59,569 nucleotides of DNA from a virus (lineage: Duplodnaviria > Caudoviricetes): the IMG/VR virus record IMGVR_UViG_3300047560_000779, positions 1 through 59,569 of that record; one strand, given 5' to 3'. Below, piece after piece: positions 1-8,884 of the stretch (position 1 is the first letter of the stretch; every line of letters begins with the position of its first letter). Below the pieces are notes generated by a model that did not search any database, had not been told where the DNA came from, and saw only the letters and a list, made by a program, of their open reading frames with translations. The position numbers and the translations under genes are program-made.

Positions 1-24
1 GGGGGCGCAAGCCCCCGACCTTTT
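1..24 (+). terminator. Probable intrinsic terminator after ORF 58919..59437 (also at 59443-59466)
   Basis: GGGGGC-GCAA-GCCCCC hairpin with GNRA loop, followed by GACCTTTT, 5 nt after the stop codon across the junction. Confidence 0.65.
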
Positions 25-127
25 AGCGCACCTATCACGCCCCATAGTCGACAGCATCGGAGTACATCATGCGTACACATCTCGTGCCCAGCGGCACCAT
101 GCCCCAATCCATCAAGCGCGACAAGTT
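1..127. repeat. Terminal direct repeat, copy 1 (circular assembly overlap)
   Basis: Bases 1-127 are identical to 59443-59569. 127 is a common maximum assembler k-mer. Confidence 0.95.
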
Positions 128-289
128 CGTGCCACTTAGTTTGCCCCAGCGTTTCATGGGCGGCCCAGCCCAACGCTCTGGTGTCAGTCAAGCATCAAGC
201 TATGCGTCCATACCTGTGTTCGGGTTCAATGGCAGCCCGATGCGGTCGGGCGGCACCAACGGCGAAGTCCAAATTCTGTCACGCCGCAA

Positions 290-700
290 TGTATCTAAAT
301 TTACTACTGTATAAAGATACATGTCGAATTTGCTGGAATTGTCCAAAGTGCAAACCAGCAAAATACCCAGCAAATTCAAAGAATGGCTTAACCATGCGGG
401 TTAGCCAAGGGTAATTTTACGATTTTACGATTTGTTATGTATTTTGAGCCAGAAAGATATAGAAGAAGACAAGTCTATAAAGTGTATTACGCGGCGCGTA
501 ATACTCATGGTCACATACAACTCGCGTAACCCGTCTGACCCTCTGGAAAACCCAACAAATTGCAAAATTCAACGTAAGTCGTTGATTTATAAGGGTTTCA
601 AATTTTACGATTTTTTAGCCCCCTCAAATTCCAGCAAATTCACGTAGAAGAAAGATGTACAAAATGTTAATGCACCTTCAAATCCCGCAAAATCTCCAAG
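290..700. other. AT-rich non-coding region with repeats and palindromes, candidate replication origin or control region
   Basis: GAATTTGCTGG (326-336) is inverted to CCAGCAAATTC (367-377, 631-641). TTTTACGATTT is repeated. 21-bp palindrome at 484-504. No convincing CDS. Confidence 0.45.
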
Positions 701-855
701 ATCAGCCCATCGACCTGATGGATGACACCGAATACGTATTTGAGCTGCCCAGCGAGTCCGAGCTTTTGGATTCATTGGACGATGCAATACTTAATTCGTA
801 CAGAGCTATCTGGTCATAGCAACCACGTCACCTATCACGCCGCAGAGGTCTAAGC

Positions 856-1077
856 ATGTCGCATACACACAACTTAATCTGCACCCACTGTTACGCAGTC
901 CGTGTGGAACCACCACGAGCCCGCCTTGGATACACCACATGTATGGGATGCGGGGAAACCCTAGCCCGTAAGGTAAAGCACACATCGGTACCAATGCCCA
1001 AATCAAACTACATATTGGTGACAGACTTGTCTCTATTAAAGGGGCTCAACTCATCCCACAAGGGCGGGACATCGTGA
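856..1077 (+). CDS. DksA/TraR-like C4 zinc-finger protein
   Basis: CTHC-x16-TCMGC with a central R-A-R-L, matching TraR/DksA finger spacing. GAGG RBS upstream. Confidence 0.55.
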   Translation: MSHTHNLICTHCYAVRVEPPRARLGYTTCMGCGETLARKVKHTSVPMPKSNYILVTDLSLLKGLNSSHKGGTS

Positions 1078-1325
1078 ACTGGATAGAGCAGAATCCACAC
1101 GCCTATGCTTCCAACGCCAGACCACTGCATATATTAGTTAGCGATGACAAGTATGTAGCGTTCGTGTCCAAAGAAGACGATGGGTTCAAAGCGTTTGTGC
1201 CAAACCTGAAAGTACTACCCCGAGGCCAATCCAACTCACCTAGCTACCACTTCACACACGACACACTCCAAGAAGCCAAAGACTGGTGCATAGCGGAGCT
1301 GTGGAAACGGAGGTTAGAGCAATGA
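1074..1325 (+). CDS. Small early protein, paralogue family A
   Basis: N-terminal W; C-terminal TLQEAKDWCIAELWKRRLEQ; GTGA overlap with the upstream gene. Confidence 0.75.
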   Translation: MNWIEQNPHAYASNARPLHILVSDDKYVAFVSKEDDGFKAFVPNLKVLPRGQSNSPSYHFTHDTLQEAKDWCIAELWKRRLEQ

Positions 1326-1600
1326 CACCACTAATAGTAGAGGGCAAAACGCTACTGGCAGTCAAGTGCATCCCAAAGTTCGAGTGCACAGACTGTGCCT
1401 GCGGCAACAAGCGAGGTGGCGGGGACAAGTGCGTGCGTATCCATCCAAAAACCAAAGAGCTGTACTTCGAGTCACTCCAAGGCAACGACCGAAACGGGCT
1501 TCTGTACTGCATCAATGCCACCGAGCATGACTTGGTATTCATCAACGACACACCTGAGGACATTGCACGCTACGTAGCGGCAAGACTGGAGAACACATGA
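1322..1600 (+). CDS. Small Cys-rich early protein, paralogue family B
   Basis: ATGA-coupled start at 1322; CTDCAC; C-terminal DTPEDIARYVAARLENT. Confidence 0.75.
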   Translation: MTPLIVEGKTLLAVKCIPKFECTDCACGNKRGGGDKCVRIHPKTKELYFESLQGNDRNGLLYCINATEHDLVFINDTPEDIARYVAARLENT

Positions 1601-1833
1601 CCAAGTATCAGTTCGAGGGGCAGGTATTCGTGATGATGCCAGCAATACTGCTAAACGATTGCCTTGGCTGTTACTTCGAGGACGGTGTGAACCTACCAAC
1701 CAATGACAACGGGACAACACCATGCCCACACACAAAAAAAGCATATGTATGTGACAGCGGGGCACCCGTCCTCATCTTGGACACACCCGAGCACATAGCC
1801 AACTATGTTTCACTCAGACTGGAGAACACATGA
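1597..1833 (+). CDS. Small Cys-rich early protein, paralogue family B
   Basis: CLGCYF; C-terminal DTPEHIANYVSLRLENT; clear tandem paralogue of 1322..1600. Confidence 0.8.
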   Translation: MTKYQFEGQVFVMMPAILLNDCLGCYFEDGVNLPTNDNGTTPCPHTKKAYVCDSGAPVLILDTPEHIANYVSLRLENT

Positions 1834-2072
1834 GTTACATCATCGACAACGATGGCTTCTTCGAGGCCATAGAACAGGAGAGAGCTATGAACCCCAACAC
1901 AATCACAGTACGCATCAAGGATGTATACGGCACACAGAAGACATACCCCGTGTGCGACAAGGCCAAACTGTTCGCCAAGTTGGCAAACACGACAACGCTC
2001 ACCCATGACGCCCGCCAAATCATCCTAGCACTTGGATACAACATCGAGGTAGAGCCTCGTCACCTATCATGA
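1830..2072 (+). CDS. Hypothetical phage protein
   Basis: ATGA-coupled at both ends; possible alternative start at 1887 after AGGAG. Confidence 0.7.
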   Translation: MSYIIDNDGFFEAIEQERAMNPNTITVRIKDVYGTQKTYPVCDKAKLFAKLANTTTLTHDARQIILALGYNIEVEPRHLS

Positions 2073-2290
2073 CAACGACACACACGCTCAAAGACGGCAG
2101 AGTGCTTAAGTTGATAAACACTGATCGTGCTCATCCACGTAGTACATCTAATAGCTGTGCCTTTTGCGTAGCGTATCGAGCAGGCGAAGACACTGAGATG
2201 TGTGTCAGCTTACCGCCGTGCTCAGGGTTACGTGCATGGATGGATGACGAGGCGTGGGCTAAATATGTAGCGGAAGGGCTAATGAAATGA
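2069..2290 (+). CDS. Small Cys-rich early protein, divergent family B
   Basis: N-terminal TLKDGRVLK, CAFC, C-terminal WAKYVAEGLMK. Confidence 0.7.
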   Translation: MTTTHTLKDGRVLKLINTDRAHPRSTSNSCAFCVAYRAGEDTEMCVSLPPCSGLRAWMDDEAWAKYVAEGLMK

Positions 2291-2352
2291 AGTCGCACAT
2301 CACTGTTAAAGGTACTAAGTACCGCATAGCTAAACGATTGGAGAAAGCATGA
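2287..2352 (+). CDS. 21-aa mini-ORF MKSHITVKGTKYRIAKRLEKA, possibly an internally deleted array member
   Basis: Translated by hand. ATGA overlaps at both ends fill the gap exactly. Confidence 0.55.
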   Translation: MKSHITVKGTKYRIAKRLEKA

Positions 2353-2594
2353 AGTGGAAGAAGCATGGGCGTAACTCACGACGAGCTAACCACCTAGAGT
2401 TCTGGGACTTACTTAGTAATGGCGGTGCGCTACTCGCTTTCATTCGTATGGACACAAGGGCTGACCCACCTGCTATCTACACGTATGCAAACGATACGAA
2501 TGACCATGAGCTACAACGACGGTTTGACTCGGTTCGGGAGGCCAAGGACTACACAGTTGCGTACTTTGTAAACAAACGATTGGAGGAAGCATGA
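2349..2594 (+). CDS. Small early protein, paralogue family A
   Basis: MKW...FDSVREAKDYTVAYFVNKRLEEA. Confidence 0.78.
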   Translation: MKWKKHGRNSRRANHLEFWDLLSNGGALLAFIRMDTRADPPAIYTYANDTNDHELQRRFDSVREAKDYTVAYFVNKRLEEA

Positions 2595-2812
2595 ACATCG
2601 AATGGAGGCACAACAAAGCCCACCCATCGTGCTACGACATGTATATAAACGACAAGTACGCCCATGTATGGGTACAAGACGCTGGATTCTCATGGCATGC
2701 GTTGCAGTTCAGCCACTCTAATCAGCTCACATCACACCCAACAAAGAAAGAAGCGCAGGAATACCTGATTGCACAACTTGTACAAAGGAGACTCGATGGA
2801 AAAACCAACTGA
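2591..2812 (+). CDS. Small early protein, paralogue family A
   Basis: MNIEW...PTKKEAQEYLIAQLVQRRLDG. Confidence 0.78.
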   Translation: MNIEWRHNKAHPSCYDMYINDKYAHVWVQDAGFSWHALQFSHSNQLTSHPTKKEAQEYLIAQLVQRRLDGKTN

Positions 2813-2900
2813 CGACTTAACCGAATTCCAAATCATCTGGTGCATCGCGCTTGCCATAGTCATTGGCGTAGCACTGTGGGCGCACCTATCACAGACATAG
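2796..2900 (+). CDS. 34-aa single-pass membrane peptide
   Basis: MEKPTDDLTEFQIIWCIALAIVIGVALWAHLSQT; AAGGAG RBS. Confidence 0.6.
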   Translation: MEKPTDDLTEFQIIWCIALAIVIGVALWAHLSQT

Positions 2901-3076
2901 CGGGGGGTTCATGAATCACGGACGGACTAGCGTGGTTGATGTGACTGTCGTCTGTGGGTGCCTAGCTCCCCCCAAGGAAGTAATCAGCGAAGCACCTTGA
3001 CCCTACAACTGTGACGAGGGGCACAGTACGAATCAACCAACCCCTCACCACCCTCAACTTACTTAGAAAGACTCTC

Positions 3077-4081
3077 ATGAAATACTCTGACATCAAACGC
3101 TCCGTCTTGGCTAACTTCGCCAAAGGCAACAACCTCGTGCCATTCATCGTAGGCAAACCCGGCGGCGGCAAGTCGTCTCTCGCTCGTTCAATCGTTGCAG
3201 AGCTTGGCATTGACCCAGCCCGTGTGACAGAATTCAACCCCTCACTGCGCGACCCAGTAGACATCATGGGCTTACCCAAGACTGACGGTGACCATTCCTC
3301 GTGGTTGCCTCCTTCAGAGTTCTGGCGTATTCGTGACGACGGCACTGACCAACCATGTGCACTCATCGTCGAAGAAATGTCCGATGCGGCTGTGCCTATG
3401 CAGAACCCACTGTGCCGTGTGTTGCTTGACCGCTATGCTGGCGAGCTGAAGCTCCACCCCAAACTGCACATCATTGCAACAGGTAACCGTACCGAAGACA
3501 AGTCTGGTGCGACTCGCATGACTACCAAGCTGGGTAACCGTGTGCAGACGCTGACCTTCGACGAGAACTTGGACGACTGGTGTGACTGGGCTCTCGACAA
3601 CAATATCGCTGTGGAGATGGTGCAGTTCCTGCGCTTCCGACCAAACATGCTGTCTGACTTCGACCCCAACCGTGCTATCAACCCAACGCCTCGTTCGTGG
3701 GAAATGGCTAACCAAGTTGCCACTGACCTGCCTAGTGACTTGTACTTCGCTAACTTGTCCGGCTTAGTCGGCGAGGGTGCGGCGGCTGAGTACGCTGGCT
3801 TCAAGCGTATCTTTGAAAACCTTCCGGACATTGATGGGATACTAATGAACCCTGCCAAAGCCAATGTGCCTGACGACATGCCCGTGTTGTTTGCTCTGAC
3901 TGGTGCGCTTGCTCATCGTGTATCCAAGGACAACTTCGACCGAGTGTGTGAGTACATCAACCGCATCCCCGCTGAGTTCCAAGTGATGTGTGTGCTTGAC
4001 TCCAAGAAGCTCAAGCCTGAGATTGTCAACACCAAAGCCTTCGTGCAGTGGGCGGTCAAGAACGCCAATGTCCTCTCTTGA
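3077..4081 (+). CDS. MoxR-like AAA+ ATPase
   Basis: Walker A GKPGGGKS, Walker B LIVEE, sensor ATGNR, TPRSW. Start chosen at ATG 3077. Confidence 0.88.
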   Translation: MKYSDIKRSVLANFAKGNNLVPFIVGKPGGGKSSLARSIVAELGIDPARVTEFNPSLRDPVDIMGLPKTDGDHSSWLPPSEFWRIRDDGTDQPCALIVEEMSDAAVPMQNPLCRVLLDRYAGELKLHPKLHIIATGNRTEDKSGATRMTTKLGNRVQTLTFDENLDDWCDWALDNNIAVEMVQFLRFRPNMLSDFDPNRAINPTPRSWEMANQVATDLPSDLYFANLSGLVGEGAAAEYAGFKRIFENLPDIDGILMNPAKANVPDDMPVLFALTGALAHRVSKDNFDRVCEYINRIPAEFQVMCVLDSKKLKPEIVNTKAFVQWAVKNANVLS

Positions 4082-4334
4082 GTGGACAACGAATGTCTAC
4101 GTGACTTCATATCAAGCGGGTAGTGAGCCGACTACTTACCATGAATTGTGGTGGGTGGGTCAAGACCGCACCGCTTGGTACAACTTGCCTGCCGCAAGCA
4201 TACGCAAAGTCAGAGACCGCGTATGGGGGCTCACATTCCCTGACAAAAACGATGGTACCGAACTGTACTTTAAGACACTCAAAGAAGCCAAAGCAATGGG
4301 CATAGCCCTAGTAAGGATGGATGATGGAATATGA
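4068..4334 (+). CDS. Small early protein, paralogue family A
   Basis: MSSLEW...FKTLKEAKAMGIALVRMD; overlaps the ATPase stop codon. Confidence 0.75.
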   Translation: MSSLEWTTNVYVTSYQAGSEPTTYHELWWVGQDRTAWYNLPAASIRKVRDRVWGLTFPDKNDGTELYFKTLKEAKAMGIALVRMDDGI

Positions 4335-4590
4335 ATGGCAAGAGGCTAGGGGATTGGCCGACTGGGTGCTACGAGAAGCACCCAAGCAAGAAGGTGATGT
4401 CAAAGTCATCAACGGCTTATCTCATGGCTTCATCATGAAGTCAGGCCCCACGTCATACACGGCGTGGGTTCCCAACGATGCAGGCAACCGCATGGAGTTC
4501 TTCGATGTGGAGACTGCGAAAGCATGGGTATTTACCCAAGTAAGGATGAACGATGGCTCAGCGCTTCTACGTACAGATAGTGTTTGCTGA
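4321..4590 (+). CDS. Small early protein, paralogue family A
   Basis: MEYEW...FFDVETAKAWVFTQVRMN. Confidence 0.75.
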   Translation: MMEYEWQEARGLADWVLREAPKQEGDVKVINGLSHGFIMKSGPTSYTAWVPNDAGNRMEFFDVETAKAWVFTQVRMNDGSALLRTDSVC

Positions 4591-4771
4591 TAACGACGGG
4601 ATGATTATCAGTGGCCCTCTAGCGACAGGACAAAAGAGTAGTTCAGCTAGGACGGTACACGTAATCAGAGACCTTGACCCGACAGAGATTGGGAAAGCGT
4701 TCTTGGTTTTCTATACCGACATCAAGCTGGAAGGCAAGATGCCTATCGACCTAGACAACATTGAATTTTAG
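4553..4771 (+). CDS. Hypothetical protein
   Basis: 72-aa ORF that fills the gap between neighbours; AAGGA RBS. Confidence 0.65.
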   Translation: MAQRFYVQIVFADNDGMIISGPLATGQKSSSARTVHVIRDLDPTEIGKAFLVFYTDIKLEGKMPIDLDNIEF

Positions 4772-4779
4772 GAGGACAC

Positions 4780-5655
4780 ATGCAACCGACAACACTCTCA
4801 AGCAAAGCGATGCTAGTAAAGCTGACAGTACGCCGAGCAAACTTAACACGCCGTGATGTAACGGCTGAGCTCATCATTCAGAATCAGATGGACGACACAT
4901 CACTCGTGGTCAACCGCAAACTGTTTCGTGACAAGCTCAACCCAATCAATCGCATCATGCAAAAGGCGAGCGAGGTGTACAACTATCACAAAGCGCACAC
5001 GCTGGCATACGTTGACAAAGGGCCACGCCTGCTACCCAACAGTCAATACATGGACTACACATCTGAGATGCGCCAACGTATCCAAGAGGTAGACAACATG
5101 CTCGACAAGTACATGCCTGACTACGACAACTATGTGCAGTTAGACATCAAGGCTCGTGCATTGGGCAACACGGGTGCGGCTAAGGTTGAGGACTATCCAA
5201 CAGCGGATGACTTCCGTAGCAAGATGGGGTTTGACTTGCGCTTCACTCCACTGCCTGATGCCAAGCACTTCCTGTTCGACATTAGTGACGAGGACATGGC
5301 TGAGTTCAATGCTTCGATGGAGCAAGTATCACAGGGCGCTAGAGCAGAGGTTATTAAAGGCATGCTCGAACCATTGCAACACTTAGTCGAGAAGCTCAAC
5401 AAGCCAATCGGTACTGAGGGTGCGATCTTCCGTGACACTGCTGTGGAGAACGTAGTCGATGGACTCAAACGTGCCAAGGCATTGAATGTAAACGCTGACC
5501 CTGATGTGGATGCTATGGCTGACACGTTACTGCAAGCGATTGACATCTACAACTTCAACAAGGACTCACTGCGCGAGTCACCGATGGTGCGTGAGCAAGC
5601 TGCCTCTAAGCTCGATGCGATTGCCAAGAAGATGGCTGCGTATGGATTGGCTTAA
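4780..5655 (+). CDS. DUF3150-like protein
   Basis: AMLVKL...RKLF...HTLAY..GPRLLP...DYPTADDFRSK pattern; usual neighbour of AAA/vWA genes; AGGAGG RBS. Confidence 0.7.
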   Translation: MQPTTLSSKAMLVKLTVRRANLTRRDVTAELIIQNQMDDTSLVVNRKLFRDKLNPINRIMQKASEVYNYHKAHTLAYVDKGPRLLPNSQYMDYTSEMRQRIQEVDNMLDKYMPDYDNYVQLDIKARALGNTGAAKVEDYPTADDFRSKMGFDLRFTPLPDAKHFLFDISDEDMAEFNASMEQVSQGARAEVIKGMLEPLQHLVEKLNKPIGTEGAIFRDTAVENVVDGLKRAKALNVNADPDVDAMADTLLQAIDIYNFNKDSLRESPMVREQAASKLDAIAKKMAAYGLA

Positions 5656-5833
5656 CAGCTGGATACGTGACATGGTGTACATGGCGTCGGGATTGCTACT
5701 GGCTTTCCTGATTGCCATTACATACACCTTGTATCAGATAGCTAGCGACTGGCTCCAACGCAAGTACACACAACAGGCCAAGCAACCACAGAAAGTGGAC
5801 GGCAAGGTCAAACAACCAATGGGGTTCTTATGA
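5642..5833 (+). CDS. Small membrane protein
   Basis: Hydrophobic stretch GLLLAFLIAITY. Confidence 0.6.
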   Translation: MDWLNSWIRDMVYMASGLLLAFLIAITYTLYQIASDWLQRKYTQQAKQPQKVDGKVKQPMGFL

Positions 5834-6042
5834 CAGACTTTGACTTACTGATCGTAAGCCTCGGGCTCAACGTGTGCTTCCTTGCATACATGTATGGACA
5901 GCGCGTGAAGATTGCCATCATGACTGTGGCGTTACGTGAAGTCTCGTACCTCATGGGACACATCGCTGATGGTAAGGCAATGCCCAAGCGTGACAGCAAG
6001 GGTGAGATTCGTATAAAGGATTTACGCAATGAGACTAATTGA
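5830..6042 (+). CDS. Small membrane-anchored protein
   Basis: N-terminal hydrophobic helix; ATGA coupling. Confidence 0.65.
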   Translation: MTDFDLLIVSLGLNVCFLAYMYGQRVKIAIMTVALREVSYLMGHIADGKAMPKRDSKGEIRIKDLRNETN

Positions 6043-6364
6043 CATAGTGTTTCGACCAATCAAAACATCGCGCTTGATACTGCGCATCTTGCGTGAGAGC
6101 GAGATCAACATCGAGTTCAAACCCAAGCGGCCTCCATCAAAGATTGATAGCGGGTTCGTTGTCCTTGGTAGCAGTTACATGATGCCAGCATCGTCGTTCA
6201 AGTTAATTGCGCAAGACATTGTTAAGGTGGACTATGACGGATACGGCGATAGCCGCATATGGAGGCGACATAAAGATCAATCAATCAGCCCGACTACTGT
6301 GTCCTTCGAGCAAGCAGTAGCAATGTGTGTAAACGAAAAACTGGAGGCCGCAAATGGCAACTAA
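6029..6364 (+). CDS. Hypothetical protein
   Basis: 111 aa, ending SFEQAVAMCVNEKLEAA. Confidence 0.7.
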   Translation: MRLIDIVFRPIKTSRLILRILRESEINIEFKPKRPPSKIDSGFVVLGSSYMMPASSFKLIAQDIVKVDYDGYGDSRIWRRHKDQSISPTTVSFEQAVAMCVNEKLEAANGN

Positions 6365-7460
6365 ACTAGAAAAAGCAAAAGCACAGATCGTGCTTGACCA
6401 TCCCTTCTTCGCAGCAATCTTGTTGCGTCGCAAGCTCATCTGTGACAACAGCATCCCAACATTGGCAGTCGATGCTCGTGCCAACATCTACTACAACAAT
6501 GACTTCATCGAGTCGTTGACTGTGCCTCAGATTGTGTGGGGCTTGTGCCACGAGGTAGGCCATGTCATCGGTCAGCATGCTGTGCGTAAGGGTGCTCGCA
6601 ATCACAAGAAGTGGAACTATGCAGGTGACGCATGGATTAACGACACACTCGATGACTCCAACGTAGGCCAACGCATCCAAGGCTGTGTGGACATCAAGGG
6701 TAGCAAGGACAAGACGACTGAGACTATCTATGACGAGTTGCCTGAAGACCACGGTGACAACGGCTTAGGTGATGATGTCATCTATGGCATCGGCCCTGAC
6801 GGTCAAGGTAGACCACTGACACCTGATGAGATCAAAGAGATCGAAGGTCAAATCAAAATCGAGATTGCCGAGGCTGCCCAAGCTGCCAAGATGCGTGGCA
6901 AGCTGTCTGGTAAGTTAGCTGAGATGGTCGCTGCCTTGCTCGAGGTCAAGACACCTTGGTATGAGATTCTCGAGAAGCACATGACTGCGTGTGTTGCACA
7001 AGGTCAGAGCTGGCGTCGTCCTAACCGTCGCTTCGTTGACCACTATCTGCCAAGCGTAGACAAGTTGCCACAGATGGGTGAGCTTGTTGTTCAGGTCGAC
7101 GTATCAGGTTCTATCAGCAAGAAAGAGCTCGACTATTACAACGGTCACCTATCACGCATCATCGAGCAGTGCCGTCCTGAGAAAGTTCATGTGTTGTACA
7201 CCGACACAGAAGTTCAGAAGCACGTTGAGTTCGACTGTGGTGAAGCAGTTGCCCTTGAGTTCTATTCAGGCGGTGGCACTGACATGCCAGCAGGCTTCGA
7301 CTTCCTCGCCACACAGGGAATTGAACCGCAGGTCTTTGTCTGCCTCACAGATGGTTATACAGACTTCGGTGCTGACCCCGGCTATCCCGTTGTGTGGTGT
7401 ATCAGTTCTGATGTCGATGCTCCATGGGGCGAGAACATCCACTTCGAGTTAGAGCAGTGA
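6354..7460 (+). CDS. DUF2201-like metallopeptidase plus vWA domain protein
   Basis: HEVGH zincin motif, WNYAGDAWIN, MIDAS DVSGS, GGGTD, LTDGY. Confidence 0.88.
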   Translation: MATKLEKAKAQIVLDHPFFAAILLRRKLICDNSIPTLAVDARANIYYNNDFIESLTVPQIVWGLCHEVGHVIGQHAVRKGARNHKKWNYAGDAWINDTLDDSNVGQRIQGCVDIKGSKDKTTETIYDELPEDHGDNGLGDDVIYGIGPDGQGRPLTPDEIKEIEGQIKIEIAEAAQAAKMRGKLSGKLAEMVAALLEVKTPWYEILEKHMTACVAQGQSWRRPNRRFVDHYLPSVDKLPQMGELVVQVDVSGSISKKELDYYNGHLSRIIEQCRPEKVHVLYTDTEVQKHVEFDCGEAVALEFYSGGGTDMPAGFDFLATQGIEPQVFVCLTDGYTDFGADPGYPVVWCISSDVDAPWGENIHFELEQ

Positions 7461-7708
7461 TAACTTGGAAGCGTGTAGGCGAGGCTAGCCGTGACAGGGC
7501 TGGCCACGCTCAGTGGTATCTATGCGATACAAGCTACGCGACAGGCAGGTCGATAGTAGGCGAGGTCGTCCTTCAAGACCCTGATGGGCTACAAACCTAC
7601 TACGCTGCCTTGTTTAATGGGAGCGCTGTTAAGTACTTTACTGATGTAGAAGTTGCCAAGGCTTGGCTGTTGGCGCTATACACATTGGAGAAAGCATCAT
7701 GCAACTAG
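7457..7708 (+). CDS. Small early protein, paralogue family A
   Basis: GTGA-coupled start; MITW...FTDVEVAKAWLLALYTLEK. Confidence 0.75.
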   Translation: MITWKRVGEASRDRAGHAQWYLCDTSYATGRSIVGEVVLQDPDGLQTYYAALFNGSAVKYFTDVEVAKAWLLALYTLEKASCN

Positions 7709-7944
7709 AGTGGCGCACATTCATAAAAGACAACATGCTTGGAGGCTGGCGGCTATACGACGTAGAGCAAACTATTTGGTCTTCGTGGCGAATCTTGGCT
7801 ACTGTGCGCCTCGAGTTATGTGAGACCAAGCAACCAATGAAACTGTGGAGGTTCAAAGTGGAAAGTCTAGACAAAGGCCCAGTGCGGCGGTTCGACACAG
7901 AGGACGAAGCCAAGGCGTTTGCTATCGCTATGGTGCGGCTATGA
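7699..7944 (+). CDS. Small early protein, paralogue family A
   Basis: MQLEW...FDTEDEAKAFAIAMVRL. Confidence 0.78.
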   Translation: MQLEWRTFIKDNMLGGWRLYDVEQTIWSSWRILATVRLELCETKQPMKLWRFKVESLDKGPVRRFDTEDEAKAFAIAMVRL

Positions 7945-8183
7945 CTTGGTATTACGCATGGCAGAACACTCCGTACGACACCCAACGCTGGGACTATATG
8001 TACACCAATGGACACCAGTTCCGCAGGCTAGGGCAAGTAGCTCGAGTCATCCGAGCAAGACAAAGCTACGACGAACCATTGCATGAGTACCAAGCACATG
8101 CCTTTGGTATGAAACAGAAGATGGTATTCCCTACAAGAGTAGAAGCCGAGGCATGGGTAACAGCATGTGAAAGGATGGAGTGA
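7941..8183 (+). CDS. Small early protein, paralogue family A
   Basis: MTW...FPTRVEAEAWVTACERME. Confidence 0.75.
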   Translation: MTWYYAWQNTPYDTQRWDYMYTNGHQFRRLGQVARVIRARQSYDEPLHEYQAHAFGMKQKMVFPTRVEAEAWVTACERME

Positions 8184-8401
8184 TGAAGCTCGAATGGTAC
8201 GAGAGCAGAGATTTCCAATGGGTGCTTGAAGACAGCGAAGGCTATTTGATTGGGCAGATCAAACACTACCCGATTGGGTGGGAGCTTCAATGGAGACCGA
8301 ATACGGCTCGGCGCTCCCGCTGGAACGCACAGTGGTGGCCCGACACCCAGCTCGAAGAAGCCAAAGCATGGGCAATCGCAATGATAAGGATGAGCCAATG
8401 A
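8180..8401 (+). CDS. Small early protein, paralogue family A
   Basis: MKLEW...DTQLEEAKAWAIAMIRMS. Confidence 0.78.
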   Translation: MMKLEWYESRDFQWVLEDSEGYLIGQIKHYPIGWELQWRPNTARRSRWNAQWWPDTQLEEAKAWAIAMIRMSQ

Positions 8402-8682
8402 AAATGACTAGAGCAGAGAAACGGCGGCGCAAGATAGCCAAGCTCGTGGAGATGAAACTCGATGGACTCGAACCACCTGATGACTGGAGGACGATGAACT
8501 ATGAGGAGCTGTATCGCTACCATCAATTCGCACTACGAGAGGCGGATGTGTTCACCAACTACAAGTACTACGGTAAGAGTCTGGTGGACCACATCACGAA
8601 CCACAAAGCACAAGAGATACAACGCTCGATAGACAGAGCAATATTGGAGGAATTAAATGGCGAGCTTAGCAGACCAAGTTGA
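8398..8682 (+). CDS. Hypothetical protein
   Basis: ATGA-coupled start MKMTRAEKRRRK. Confidence 0.65.
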   Translation: MKMTRAEKRRRKIAKLVEMKLDGLEPPDDWRTMNYEELYRYHQFALREADVFTNYKYYGKSLVDHITNHKAQEIQRSIDRAILEELNGELSRPS

Positions 8683-8884
8683 AGAACTTGAGGAGAACTA
8701 CCAAGAGTCGCGCAATACAGTGCGAGAGCTTGAAGATCGTATTGAGGTAATGGACAACGTCATCTCAAATTTAAAGAGCATGGTGCATGACCTAGAAGAA
8801 CAGATCGACTGGATTCATACAACTTACCCAGACTTGGAGGTGGCCTTTGAAGTCAAACGAAGACTCGATTCAGCTGCGGTATGA
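8657..8884 (+). CDS. Coiled-coil protein
   Basis: Heptad-rich acidic sequence; GGAGG RBS; ends KRRLDS. Confidence 0.75.
   Translation: MASLADQVEELEENYQESRNTVRELEDRIEVMDNVISNLKSMVHDLEEQIDWIHTTYPDLEVAFEVKRRLDSAAV

Noticed and set aside
1-127. 127-bp terminal repeat as a biological direct terminal repeat
   Set aside because: The length equals a common assembler k-mer and the repeat starts inside a terminator region. It is best read as circular overlap and does not locate the physical ends.
69-787. ORFs 69..314, 181..414, 432..647 and 605..787
   Set aside because: No clear RBS or protein-like features; they overlap a repeat-rich AT-rich region that looks non-coding.
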